64,000 nt of DNA from a virus, in the IMG/VR virus record IMGVR_UViG_3300032287_001394; one strand, written 5' to 3'. Positions 16,937 to 25,358 of this stretch are shown piece after piece. How positions within the stretch are numbered: the first letter of the stretch is position 1; each line of letters opens with the position of its first letter. Under the pieces are notes generated by a model. It ran no database searches. It worked only from the letters and a program-made list of their open reading frames with translations, and was not told the DNA's origin. The position numbers were made by a program, and so were the translations under genes.

Positions 16937-18710
16937 ATGTGGCAAATCTGGAGTTATAATATTTTCTTATTGAATGGTCTTGATCCCTGACTGGGACATT
17001 TACTGCGGTATTCTGAGTTTGTTTACTTACAGTAGTAGGTGCATTTACTATAGTATTGGATGAGGCTGCATTACTTGGAGTCTTAGCTATAGCATTCTCT
17101 GAAGATTGTGCTGCAACTCTATCAGCATTATTAATTGCAGTCTTAATAGCTTTTATGTGTTGATCACCATCACTATTCTGTATCTTTTCATAATCCTTTT
17201 CACTTATCTCTTTTCCATTTACTGTATATTTTCCAGTAGCTGGATCATAACGCGCACTATAGTTATCTTTTTCTTTATAGGACATTGTTTCACTAGATGA
17301 TGATATAATTTTAGGTTTATCATCGCTAAAATATTGATCATAGGCACCTTTACCGGCACCAATTAATCCACCTACACCAGCACCGACAGCAGTACCAACT
17401 CCTGGAATTACAGAGCCTATCATAGCTCCATAACCAGCATACTTAGTTGCAGTACCGGCAACACCTACAGCTTTACCGGTCTTTTCATATCCAGCTTCTT
17501 TAAGTTTATCACCGCCCATTTGGATGCCTTCGCCAGCAAGACTAGCTATAGCTCCAATACCGAATCCTTTTGCTAATTTACCAACACCACCTACTTTAGA
17601 CAAATATCCAGCGCCTTTTTTAAGAATTGCGCCTTTGCCACCAACTAGATTGGAAGCTGCATTAGCTACACCGCCTAGAGCTCCTCCGCCTGATGTTTCA
17701 ATACCTTTAACAGCTTCAAGCAAATCAGTATCAGCTTTAGCTTTACGTTCGTTCTCAACTTTGGTGATATTGATTAATTCTTCCATAGGTTGAGATGCAC
17801 TCTCTATGGCTTGGAGTTGAGAAGATTCTTCTTCTGATACGTTTAGCTTATCATCAGTTGGACCAGCAAACTGAATAGCACCTTTCTTTTCACCCTGTAA
17901 TCTAGGATCTACATCGATAACTGCTTGACCGGCTTCTGCAAGTTTTTTAACTTGTTGTTTACCGCCAGTAGTTCTTTCATATTCTTCGTCTGATATACCA
18001 GCTTCTCTATACTTCTCTCTATTATATTCTTCTGATTGTAAACCGGCACGAGCCTTGATAGTATCTTGTCCACGTCTTTGATAATATTGTTCAACAGCTG
18101 CTTTACTACCAAACTGTTTTAAGTTCTCCATGCCAGCATTTGCTTCAGTCATGCGAGTAGCCGTTCTTAATCGTTCTTCACGGACTGCTAACTTATTGTC
18201 AATAAATCCACCTTCTTTGACAAGACCAGTGGTTTGTGCTAGACCTCTTAATGAACCTAATTTATAACGTAATGAGTTAGTGTCAAACTTATCTCCACCT
18301 CGGCCCATTATCTTTTCTTTAAACTGTTGGCCGATACCTCTATAGTCAAGCTTTTGCTTACCAGCAATCTCTTCAGCTCTATTAGCTTTTACTTTATTTT
18401 TACCTAATACAGAATCAGATATAGTCTTTGTTAACTTCTCTATGTTTGTAGTTAACTTCTTATTAGACTCTAATAGATGTTGTCCACTCTTTCTTTCTTC
18501 TTGTTTAGATTGAATTTCTTTAGAATCTTTAACGACTGGTTCCGCAAGTGTCTTAGCACTTATGTTATCAGCTGATATGCTTTTTGCAGATAGATTGTTA
18601 GTACGTAACTGTTGTACGACTTGTTGAAAAGCCTTAGGGTTCATAGTAGTACCCATACTTTTTTGAAAGTCTTGCTCTGTCTTAAAACTTAATCCAGGAT
18701 CTTTTGCCAT
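16935..18710 (-). CDS. Tape-measure / baseplate hub gp29-like protein
   Basis: 591-aa helical protein with a Gly/Ala-rich hydrophobic segment, directly downstream of 26/51. Confidence 0.55.
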   Translation of the reverse strand: MAKDPGLSFKTEQDFQKSMGTTMNPKAFQQVVQQLRTNNLSAKSISADNISAKTLAEPVVKDSKEIQSKQEERKSGQHLLESNKKLTTNIEKLTKTISDSVLGKNKVKANRAEEIAGKQKLDYRGIGQQFKEKIMGRGGDKFDTNSLRYKLGSLRGLAQTTGLVKEGGFIDNKLAVREERLRTATRMTEANAGMENLKQFGSKAAVEQYYQRRGQDTIKARAGLQSEEYNREKYREAGISDEEYERTTGGKQQVKKLAEAGQAVIDVDPRLQGEKKGAIQFAGPTDDKLNVSEEESSQLQAIESASQPMEELINITKVENERKAKADTDLLEAVKGIETSGGGALGGVANAASNLVGGKGAILKKGAGYLSKVGGVGKLAKGFGIGAIASLAGEGIQMGGDKLKEAGYEKTGKAVGVAGTATKYAGYGAMIGSVIPGVGTAVGAGVGGLIGAGKGAYDQYFSDDKPKIISSSSETMSYKEKDNYSARYDPATGKYTVNGKEISEKDYEKIQNSDGDQHIKAIKTAINNADRVAAQSSENAIAKTPSNAASSNTIVNAPTTVSKQTQNTAVNVPVRDQDHSIRKYYNSRFAT

Positions 18711-18847
18711 TACCTACTTTCCAGTTTTTGTTTTTCTTCTTCTAAATGCTTAACTAACATAGCTACATAAATTTCACGTTCAAATGGGAACATCTCTTCA
18801 ATCTCAGTCAACGAATACTTGTGGTATTGCATGAGAGCGAAGTTCAT
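18710..18847 (-). CDS. 51: Baseplate hub assembly protein gp51 (frame open upstream to the 26 stop)
   Basis: MNFALMQYHKYSLTEIEEMFPFEREIYVAMLVKHLEEEKQKLESR; not in the ORF track. Confidence 0.8.
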   Translation of the reverse strand: MNFALMQYHKYSLTEIEEMFPFEREIYVAMLVKHLEEEKQKLESR

Positions 18848-18885
18848 CTTATAATAGTTGGCTAAGCTCTCGTGACTGAGATTAA

Positions 18886-19599
18886 TTAAAAAAAACTTGC
18901 CAGACCCTCCATCGTCTTAACATGATGCTTATTACATACAGGACAATCATATTCAACTGTCTGCTGTAGCTTAGGCATAGTTAAGAAGAAGCTTTCAATC
19001 TTCTTAAATTGCTCTTGAGTTAAGTTCTCAAGGAAATCAATCACTTCTTGTTTAGTTTGATCTTTAGTATTAAACACTTCTTCTGTGGTATAGACTGATT
19101 CCATACAGTCAGCTACTACATCAAATATACTATTAATGTCACCTTCTTTTATCTTTTCTAACTTATCTAAAGTAGCAAGAGTAGGATTATTCATAACGAT
19201 ACCTACATCATCAAATAAAGATATTTTGTTATCATGTCCTTCTGGGAACTCAACTGCAAACTTAGAGATATCAAGGTTAACTTGAGCTTTAGCTTTATCA
19301 TCATCACATGTGTCACATAAGAATAATAACTCTACTATCTCGCCTACAGACTTTGCTCGTATCTGTGTAAACAAATACTCATAGTCAAACGTAGCTAACT
19401 TATCAACATCAACATTATCTACTATACAGTTTTCAATAATAGACTTAAGTGTGTTTATCATGACTTTTGGATCTTCAGACTGCTGAGCTAATAATAAAGA
19501 CTTCTCTTCTTTAACTAGGAACGGTCTAAACTTTACTTCCTTCTTTGTAGAAGGGATCGTCACGTTATATAATGGTGCATTCATCTTTGGTAATGCCAT
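18886..19599 (-). CDS. 26: Baseplate hub assembly protein gp26
   Basis: MALPK...VKFRPFLVKEEKSLL...IRAKSVGE...CPVC...GLASFF. Confidence 0.9.
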   Translation of the reverse strand: MALPKMNAPLYNVTIPSTKKEVKFRPFLVKEEKSLLLAQQSEDPKVMINTLKSIIENCIVDNVDVDKLATFDYEYLFTQIRAKSVGEIVELLFLCDTCDDDKAKAQVNLDISKFAVEFPEGHDNKISLFDDVGIVMNNPTLATLDKLEKIKEGDINSIFDVVADCMESVYTTEEVFNTKDQTKQEVIDFLENLTQEQFKKIESFFLTMPKLQQTVEYDCPVCNKHHVKTMEGLASFF

Positions 19600-19600
19600 A

Positions 19601-20035
19601 CTATTCTCCTTTATTCATGTCTTTAATCATCTTACTCAATTCACTTGTAGATCCCACAAATATTGCGTTATTATTAGTGACTTGTTTATTTGGTTGGCCT
19701 TCAGCGTTAGCTTTAGGTGCATCCAACTTTTGTTTACGTTCACTCAATGCTAGTAGCTGTTCGTTAGTGTCAGCTAGTTGTTTCATTAAGTTACCTACTA
19801 CTTCAAATGCTCTCGGATGCTCAGATTGTTTGGCTATCTCTAGTGCATGATACAATGCATCCTGTCCTTGATTCAATAGTTTGTGTAGATTATTTCTAGC
19901 AGAATCATAGTCATAGTTGACGTTCTCTTCTACCTTATTAGAAGCTGGGACAATCTCTTGTCCCGTGCTTGCAACTTCACCCTGTTTAAGAGGTTCTACA
20001 TCAAATATCTTTGATAAATTTTCATCAGACTTCAT
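19601..20035 (-). CDS. 16: Terminase small subunit gp16
   Basis: DYDSARNNLHKLL..GQDAL...SEHPRAFEV...NNAIFVGSTSEL. Confidence 0.8.
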   Translation of the reverse strand: MKSDENLSKIFDVEPLKQGEVASTGQEIVPASNKVEENVNYDYDSARNNLHKLLNQGQDALYHALEIAKQSEHPRAFEVVGNLMKQLADTNEQLLALSERKQKLDAPKANAEGQPNKQVTNNNAIFVGSTSELSKMIKDMNKGE

Positions 20036-20049
20036 AATATACCTTTATG

Positions 20050-20559
20050 TTACATAATCTTACGTGTTGGTGTTGCTCTAGCTGCAGGAGCAGCTGGTGT
20101 TTCTGATTCACTATAATCCTCTACACTTGGTGGTGCAGGAGGTGTTGGCTCTGATCTAGGAGCTTGTGATCTTAACGCCATTGGTTGCATAGGCGGCGGA
20201 ACGGCCGCTTCAGACTTTTTTGATGATGAATATGCATTAGCACCAAAGAAAGCTGCAACTAAAGCTGAGATAGCTACAAAGTATGTAGGAGCAATATTAC
20301 CGATAATAGTTGCTGCATCATCTACGTTTAACCATGAAGCAATAACGATCGTTACTGGATAGAGTAACATGCCCCATAGAGCGAACCATGTCATCTTACG
20401 CATAGCGTCGCGCTGAGCGTCTTGATCTTCAAGCTCTCTGCGTTTAAACTCTAGGTACATAGCTAGCTCTTGGCTACTTACATAGCCGTCACCATTTGTA
20501 TCTGCTTCTGCTAATTGTCTGTAAGCATTATCGCTTACACCTTGTTTTATATCTGCCAT
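20050..20559 (-). CDS. EF-hand membrane protein with 2 TM helices and a Pro-rich tail
   Basis: Canonical EF loop DTNGDGYVSSQE; two hydrophobic helices. Confidence 0.7.
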   Translation of the reverse strand: MADIKQGVSDNAYRQLAEADTNGDGYVSSQELAMYLEFKRRELEDQDAQRDAMRKMTWFALWGMLLYPVTIVIASWLNVDDAATIIGNIAPTYFVAISALVAAFFGANAYSSSKKSEAAVPPPMQPMALRSQAPRSEPTPPAPPSVEDYSESETPAAPAARATPTRKIM

Positions 20560-20568
20560 TTTATTTCC

Positions 20569-21312
20569 TTATATTTTTATGCTTCCTTGACCAACTGAAG
20601 CTGTTTCTGATGAGAATAATGAAGCCCTACCTTGCTCAAATGAGTTAAATCCGGTTTGATATTGATTAAAGTTTGTATAGTAAGTATCAGGTATTTCTGC
20701 CGTATCACCTAAATATTCATTAAGAGAATCTTGTGAATTGGAGAATAAATCACCAATACCTGAATTATTACTATAAGTATTTGTTGTGGCTGAAGATCTC
20801 CAATATTTGTAGTTCATAGCTACAACCATCTTCATGACTTCTTTATTTCCATAATCCATTTGCACTGGATTTAAAGCTTTAGGATAGCACTGATATAATG
20901 TAACTTGATAGCGACTCTTATCTGCAACATCAAATACATCTATTACAATATCCGTAGTATAATCTCTATAATAACTAAATGTTCTTGTCACTGGATCTTG
21001 TATTGCACCCATCCAATTATCAAATAATAACTTAACTGACATGGAGTTGTCTACATAGAATCCCATATTTATTGTATCAAATAATTTATTATGTGGCATC
21101 TCGCGAGCCTCGCCAAACGTCTTAGCCGCAGTAGTTTCTAGTGTAATACCTGGTAAATTTATATTATCACAATATAATAATACTTTTCTTAGGTCTCTGC
21201 TGTACTTACCTTCAACTATAGCATTTGGTAATGTGAACATGACAGCGAACCGCGAAGTTCGCATCAATCCTTCTCCAGCTACAGCTGATATGAATTCGTT
21301 TAATGTTGCCAT
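20569..21312 (-). CDS. 54: Baseplate tail-tube initiator gp54-like
   Basis: Tube-fold pattern (RTSRFAV...CDNINLPG...FDNWM...LYQCYPK); start MATLNEF. Confidence 0.7.
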   Translation of the reverse strand: MATLNEFISAVAGEGLMRTSRFAVMFTLPNAIVEGKYSRDLRKVLLYCDNINLPGITLETTAAKTFGEAREMPHNKLFDTINMGFYVDNSMSVKLLFDNWMGAIQDPVTRTFSYYRDYTTDIVIDVFDVADKSRYQVTLYQCYPKALNPVQMDYGNKEVMKMVVAMNYKYWRSSATTNTYSNNSGIGDLFSNSQDSLNEYLGDTAEIPDTYYTNFNQYQTGFNSFEQGRASLFSSETASVGQGSIKI

Positions 21313-21314
21313 TA

Positions 21315-21896
21315 TTATCCTATCGAGTCTTTCCAGACTTTTGCTTTTTGAGCTCCTACAAATTGTTCTACTGGCAACAGCATAGCCGTAGTCCAATCAG
21401 GAGCATCTATCTTCCTAAATGTAGATCTAACATGATCATTTAGGTAGTGTTTAACACATGGTTGGGCCCAATTAAACTTAGACACCCCGCCTATAAGTTT
21501 CCAAGAAAGCTTAAGACGAGTATTTTCAGTCAAGTTACTATCAGTAGCAAAATCCATTAATCTTTGTAATAGCATGACACGCATTTGGTATGGTATATAG
21601 TGCATGTTTAATCCCATAAATCCACCCGGAACTCTTTTAAATGGGAATACTAATGGAAATTTATCATAGTATGGTAAGGTATCTTTATGCTTAGGATCAT
21701 AGAAGAACATGTACAAACTGCCTGGAACGACCTGAGCTTTTACTTGTTTTGGATTTGAATTCATTACCTTTTGACGGGTAATATTCTGTCTACCAAGTAA
21801 GATAGCTTGTTGTTGAAACCATGCCCTTGACCTAAATGCAGCCTGCTTTAGTTCATATGGATTCTGTTTAAATACGTCTTTTAATTGCTGAGCCAT
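21315..21896 (-). CDS. 2: DNA end protector gp2
   Basis: MFFYDPKHKDTLPYYDKFPLV...GLNMHY...CVKHYL; late promoter at 21902-21909 (minus). Confidence 0.9.
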   Translation of the reverse strand: MAQQLKDVFKQNPYELKQAAFRSRAWFQQQAILLGRQNITRQKVMNSNPKQVKAQVVPGSLYMFFYDPKHKDTLPYYDKFPLVFPFKRVPGGFMGLNMHYIPYQMRVMLLQRLMDFATDSNLTENTRLKLSWKLIGGVSKFNWAQPCVKHYLNDHVRSTFRKIDAPDWTTAMLLPVEQFVGAQKAKVWKDSIG

Positions 21897-21911
21897 TTGA
21901 TTATTTATATG

Positions 21912-22349
21912 TTATTTCAGGCCTAATTCATTTTCTGTGATGATAACAAACTCATATCCTCTATCTTTACAATACTCTGTAGCGGCTTTCCATTTAGCCT
22001 GATTCTTAATAAAAGACATTGATTCTGTAATATAGTGTTTAGTCCTACGACCTGGATACTCTGGTGGCTGGGTTTGTTTAGCTGGTTTAACTTCAACAAG
22101 ATATGTTTTTGTTTGGTTATCTCGCGTCTTAACACGGATCTTAAAGTCTATGAAATATCTATGGAGTCTATTATCTGTAGGACATCTATATGGGACCACA
22201 GTCTCCTCAGAACACCATTTTAATATAGATGGGTTCTTATCACACCATGATGCAAAGCGGGTCTCCCAACTGGATCTCATGATTATGTTGGTAGGGTCTC
22301 CTTCATACTTCTCAGGAAACATTGGTTTGTATCTTCGTTTATGAAACAT
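21912..22349 (-). CDS. 4: Head completion nuclease gp4
   Basis: KYEGDPTNIIMRSSWE...HRYFIDF...EVKP..Q...NQAKWKAA. Confidence 0.9.
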   Translation of the reverse strand: MFHKRRYKPMFPEKYEGDPTNIIMRSSWETRFASWCDKNPSILKWCSEETVVPYRCPTDNRLHRYFIDFKIRVKTRDNQTKTYLVEVKPAKQTQPPEYPGRRTKHYITESMSFIKNQAKWKAATEYCKDRGYEFVIITENELGLK

Positions 22350-22363
22350 ATTCTTATTTATCA

Positions 22364-22371
22364 TATAAATA
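22364..22371 (+). promoter_or_regulatory. Late promoter TATAAATA
   Basis: Exact consensus at the divergence point of the baseplate operon. Confidence 0.75.
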
Positions 22372-22396
22372 ATAATAAACATATGCAGGAGCAAGT

Positions 22397-23578
22397 ATGG
22401 CACTAGGACCACAAGGATTAAATGCAGCTAATTTTGCATCAGGAGCAATGCCAACTCCACGTCAAATAGATGCAGCACGATTACCAAAATCAGAACAATC
22501 GAAAATAGGAGATTATTCAGGTAGCACTCTTTATAACAGTAGAGGTGGACCTGCTTCGTTTGACACTAATAAGTATAATATATCACAGCATTCATATCCT
22601 TATGATTTAATGGGTCCTGTAGGAGAGTATGGCGGCAACTATGTCATATTCTATATCAATGTTGCGGTTGATTCAAAACTTCTTAAAGATCCAAGTACAC
22701 AAACTGTAGAAGATAATACTCCAAGAGATAATGGAGATTTAACAGCTTTATCTAATAAGTATGATACTGGAGCATTGGGTGCTGTAGCTGCTCCTGCCGC
22801 TGTGGGTATTGGTGGAGCATTATTAGGTGGAGATAAAAAAGCTGCAGCGCAAGCTGCAGGTATAGCTGCTATAGGAGCGTTAGGTTTAGAAACTGTAGCA
22901 TCTACGTTCTCAGGTGCAAAGAAAAGATTAGCTACAGCAATCGCATTACACACACCAAACAATATGTCTACTACATATAGTATCAACTATGATGAAGAAG
23001 ATACTGACGTTTATGCTATGGGTTTGGCTGCAGCTGGTGGTTCTGCTGCTCTTGCTGAAGCAGTAAAACAAAATGGTTTAAGCGATACTGCGGCATCCTC
23101 AGGCAATGCTGTAGTAGCTGCAGCATTATCACAAGGTCTTAAATTGCCTGGTACCGGAGGAATCTCTAAGATTACTGGTCTTGCGCCCAATCCTAGAAAA
23201 GAACAAATATTTAAACATGTTAACTTTAGAAATTTTACATTTGACTATCAGTTCTATCCAAGAGACGCTAAAGAAGCAGAGAACGTATTAAACATCATAT
23301 ATGAATTCAAGTATCATATGCATCCAGAGTTTAAAGATGCGAATAACTTCTTATACATATATCCATCAGAGTTTGACATATTCTATTATAATAATGGCCA
23401 AGAAAACTTAAATGTTAATAGACATACGTCGTGTGTACTTACAGATATGGTAGTTAACTATTCTCCAAATGGACAGTTTGCCGCATTTGAAAATGGTATG
23501 CCAACACAAATTAATGTAACATTAACCTTTAAAGAGCTTGCAACCCTTACTAAAGAAAAAATACAGGATAGACTATAA
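22397..23578 (+). CDS. 48: Baseplate tail-tube cap gp48
   Basis: NPRKEQIFKHVNFRNFTFDYQFYP...YPSEFDI...CVLTDMVVNY...LTFKE. Confidence 0.85.
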   Translation: MALGPQGLNAANFASGAMPTPRQIDAARLPKSEQSKIGDYSGSTLYNSRGGPASFDTNKYNISQHSYPYDLMGPVGEYGGNYVIFYINVAVDSKLLKDPSTQTVEDNTPRDNGDLTALSNKYDTGALGAVAAPAAVGIGGALLGGDKKAAAQAAGIAAIGALGLETVASTFSGAKKRLATAIALHTPNNMSTTYSINYDEEDTDVYAMGLAAAGGSAALAEAVKQNGLSDTAASSGNAVVAAALSQGLKLPGTGGISKITGLAPNPRKEQIFKHVNFRNFTFDYQFYPRDAKEAENVLNIIYEFKYHMHPEFKDANNFLYIYPSEFDIFYYNNGQENLNVNRHTSCVLTDMVVNYSPNGQFAAFENGMPTQINVTLTFKELATLTKEKIQDRL

Positions 23579-24066
23579 TGTACTTCGAAAACTTCCCTAC
23601 ATTTTTATATGATTTTAAGATCAATGGTAAGACTGAATATAAGTTAGTCAAAGACATCTCACAAAACGTTCGTATTCGTAAAGAGATATTATCTAGCGTA
23701 ACTTTATATGATGAGTATGATATTAGAGACGGTGAGACCCCAGAGATCATATCAGAAAAAGTATATGGCACTCCTCTATATCATTGGGTGGTCATGCTAT
23801 GTAATGATAAATATAACTACGTTGATGATTTTCCATTACCAAGTTATGAATTAGAAAAACACATCACTAATAAGTATGGTTCTGGTAATGAATATGATAT
23901 ACATCACTATGTAAATGCAAATGGATTTATAGTAGATTCCAGTCAAGGCACTTCCGTATCTAATTATGATTATGAGGTTTCTGTAAATGAATCAAAGCGC
24001 AGGATCAAATTAATCACTCCATCATTATTAAACACTATCCTCAAAAACTTTAAAGATATTATATAA
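23578..24066 (+). CDS. 53: Baseplate wedge gp53
   Basis: MYFENFP...GETPEIISEKVYG...WVVMLCN...NESKRRIKL. Confidence 0.9.
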   Translation: MYFENFPTFLYDFKINGKTEYKLVKDISQNVRIRKEILSSVTLYDEYDIRDGETPEIISEKVYGTPLYHWVVMLCNDKYNYVDDFPLPSYELEKHITNKYGSGNEYDIHHYVNANGFIVDSSQGTSVSNYDYEVSVNESKRRIKLITPSLLNTILKNFKDII

Positions 24067-25358
24067 TGCCAGCTTATAATGAAGCCATACGTTTCGCAGG
24101 AGACGTTGCATTTGATGAAATTCGTATCATATCATCGAACGGGTTTGGTCAAGATGTAACCAATCAAGTAGTAGCTATAGAACTATATGAAGATCTATGG
24201 TCTCCATTCATGTCTGGTGTCTTAGCATTAAAAGATTCATTAGATCTTACAAACTTATTTCCTTTTGTAGGTGAAGAGTTTGTTAATATCAAGATACATA
24301 CGCCATCATTTGAAGGCAAAGACAAAACAATAAATGATCAATTCTATATCTATAAGATGACAAATAGAATTGCAAAGGGTGATAGGAGTGCTATATATGA
24401 ACTACATTTCATATCACGGGAAGCTATCGTCGACCTTAATAAAGCTACAAGTAAAGCTTATTCTGGAAAATGCTCAGACATAGCAAGAGCTATTATTACT
24501 GGAGTTGATGGGTTAGAATCTAAGAAATCTGCTATCATTGAAGAAACACCTAATGGCGTTAAGTTTGTAGCAAACTATTGGCCACCAGTAAAGAGTCTTA
24601 ATTATACAGCCGAGACTGCTTCAAATAGAGATGGTGCTGCTAATTACTTATTCTTTGAAAATAGGTTAGGTCTTAATTTTGTATCATTAGATTACCTATA
24701 TAAAGGCGATGTAATACAAGAGTTTGTGCAAGATAATTACATGAGAGACTTTACTGCAGATGGCAGAACATATAGAAATGTTGAAAAAGAGTATCAACGA
24801 ATCGTTGATATAACTATACCAGAAATATTTGATTATATGGATAAAGTTAGATCAGGTATGTATGCAAATAAGATGACTAACTATGACTTAGTAACTAAGA
24901 AGTACGTAGTTAAGACGTTTGATATGCTAGAAGACTTTAATAAGAATGCTCATTTAAATGAGTTTGCATCTGCATCAAACAAATCAATAAGAAGATTTAA
25001 TGCGATGGGTTTTACTTATCCCAAATATCATGGTAATTTTAATAACTTTGGTGATGTAACTAACTCTAAGACTATTCAAAAACGCATGTCGCAATTAAGA
25101 CAAGCAGAAGCAACTAAGATACAGATAGTAGTTCCTGGTCGAACTGACTATACTGTCGGCAAAAAAGTAAGAGTTAAACTTAATAAGTTCAACCCTATAG
25201 AAGGTGCAGATTCGCAACAAGACACAGTAGATAATATGTTCTCTGGAAACTATCTGATATCAGGTATCAATCATTTTATCAATAGAGAGAAGCACCAATG
25301 CCATATGGAATTAATGAAGGATTCATTTATAGTAGATTTAGATAAAGGTGGGAAGTAA
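24066..25358 (+). CDS. Baseplate hub protein (gp27-like)
   Basis: Lies between 53 and 5; IELYEDL...YLFFEN...VPG...SGNYLISGINH. Confidence 0.6.
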   Translation: MPAYNEAIRFAGDVAFDEIRIISSNGFGQDVTNQVVAIELYEDLWSPFMSGVLALKDSLDLTNLFPFVGEEFVNIKIHTPSFEGKDKTINDQFYIYKMTNRIAKGDRSAIYELHFISREAIVDLNKATSKAYSGKCSDIARAIITGVDGLESKKSAIIEETPNGVKFVANYWPPVKSLNYTAETASNRDGAANYLFFENRLGLNFVSLDYLYKGDVIQEFVQDNYMRDFTADGRTYRNVEKEYQRIVDITIPEIFDYMDKVRSGMYANKMTNYDLVTKKYVVKTFDMLEDFNKNAHLNEFASASNKSIRRFNAMGFTYPKYHGNFNNFGDVTNSKTIQKRMSQLRQAEATKIQIVVPGRTDYTVGKKVRVKLNKFNPIEGADSQQDTVDNMFSGNYLISGINHFINREKHQCHMELMKDSFIVDLDKGGK

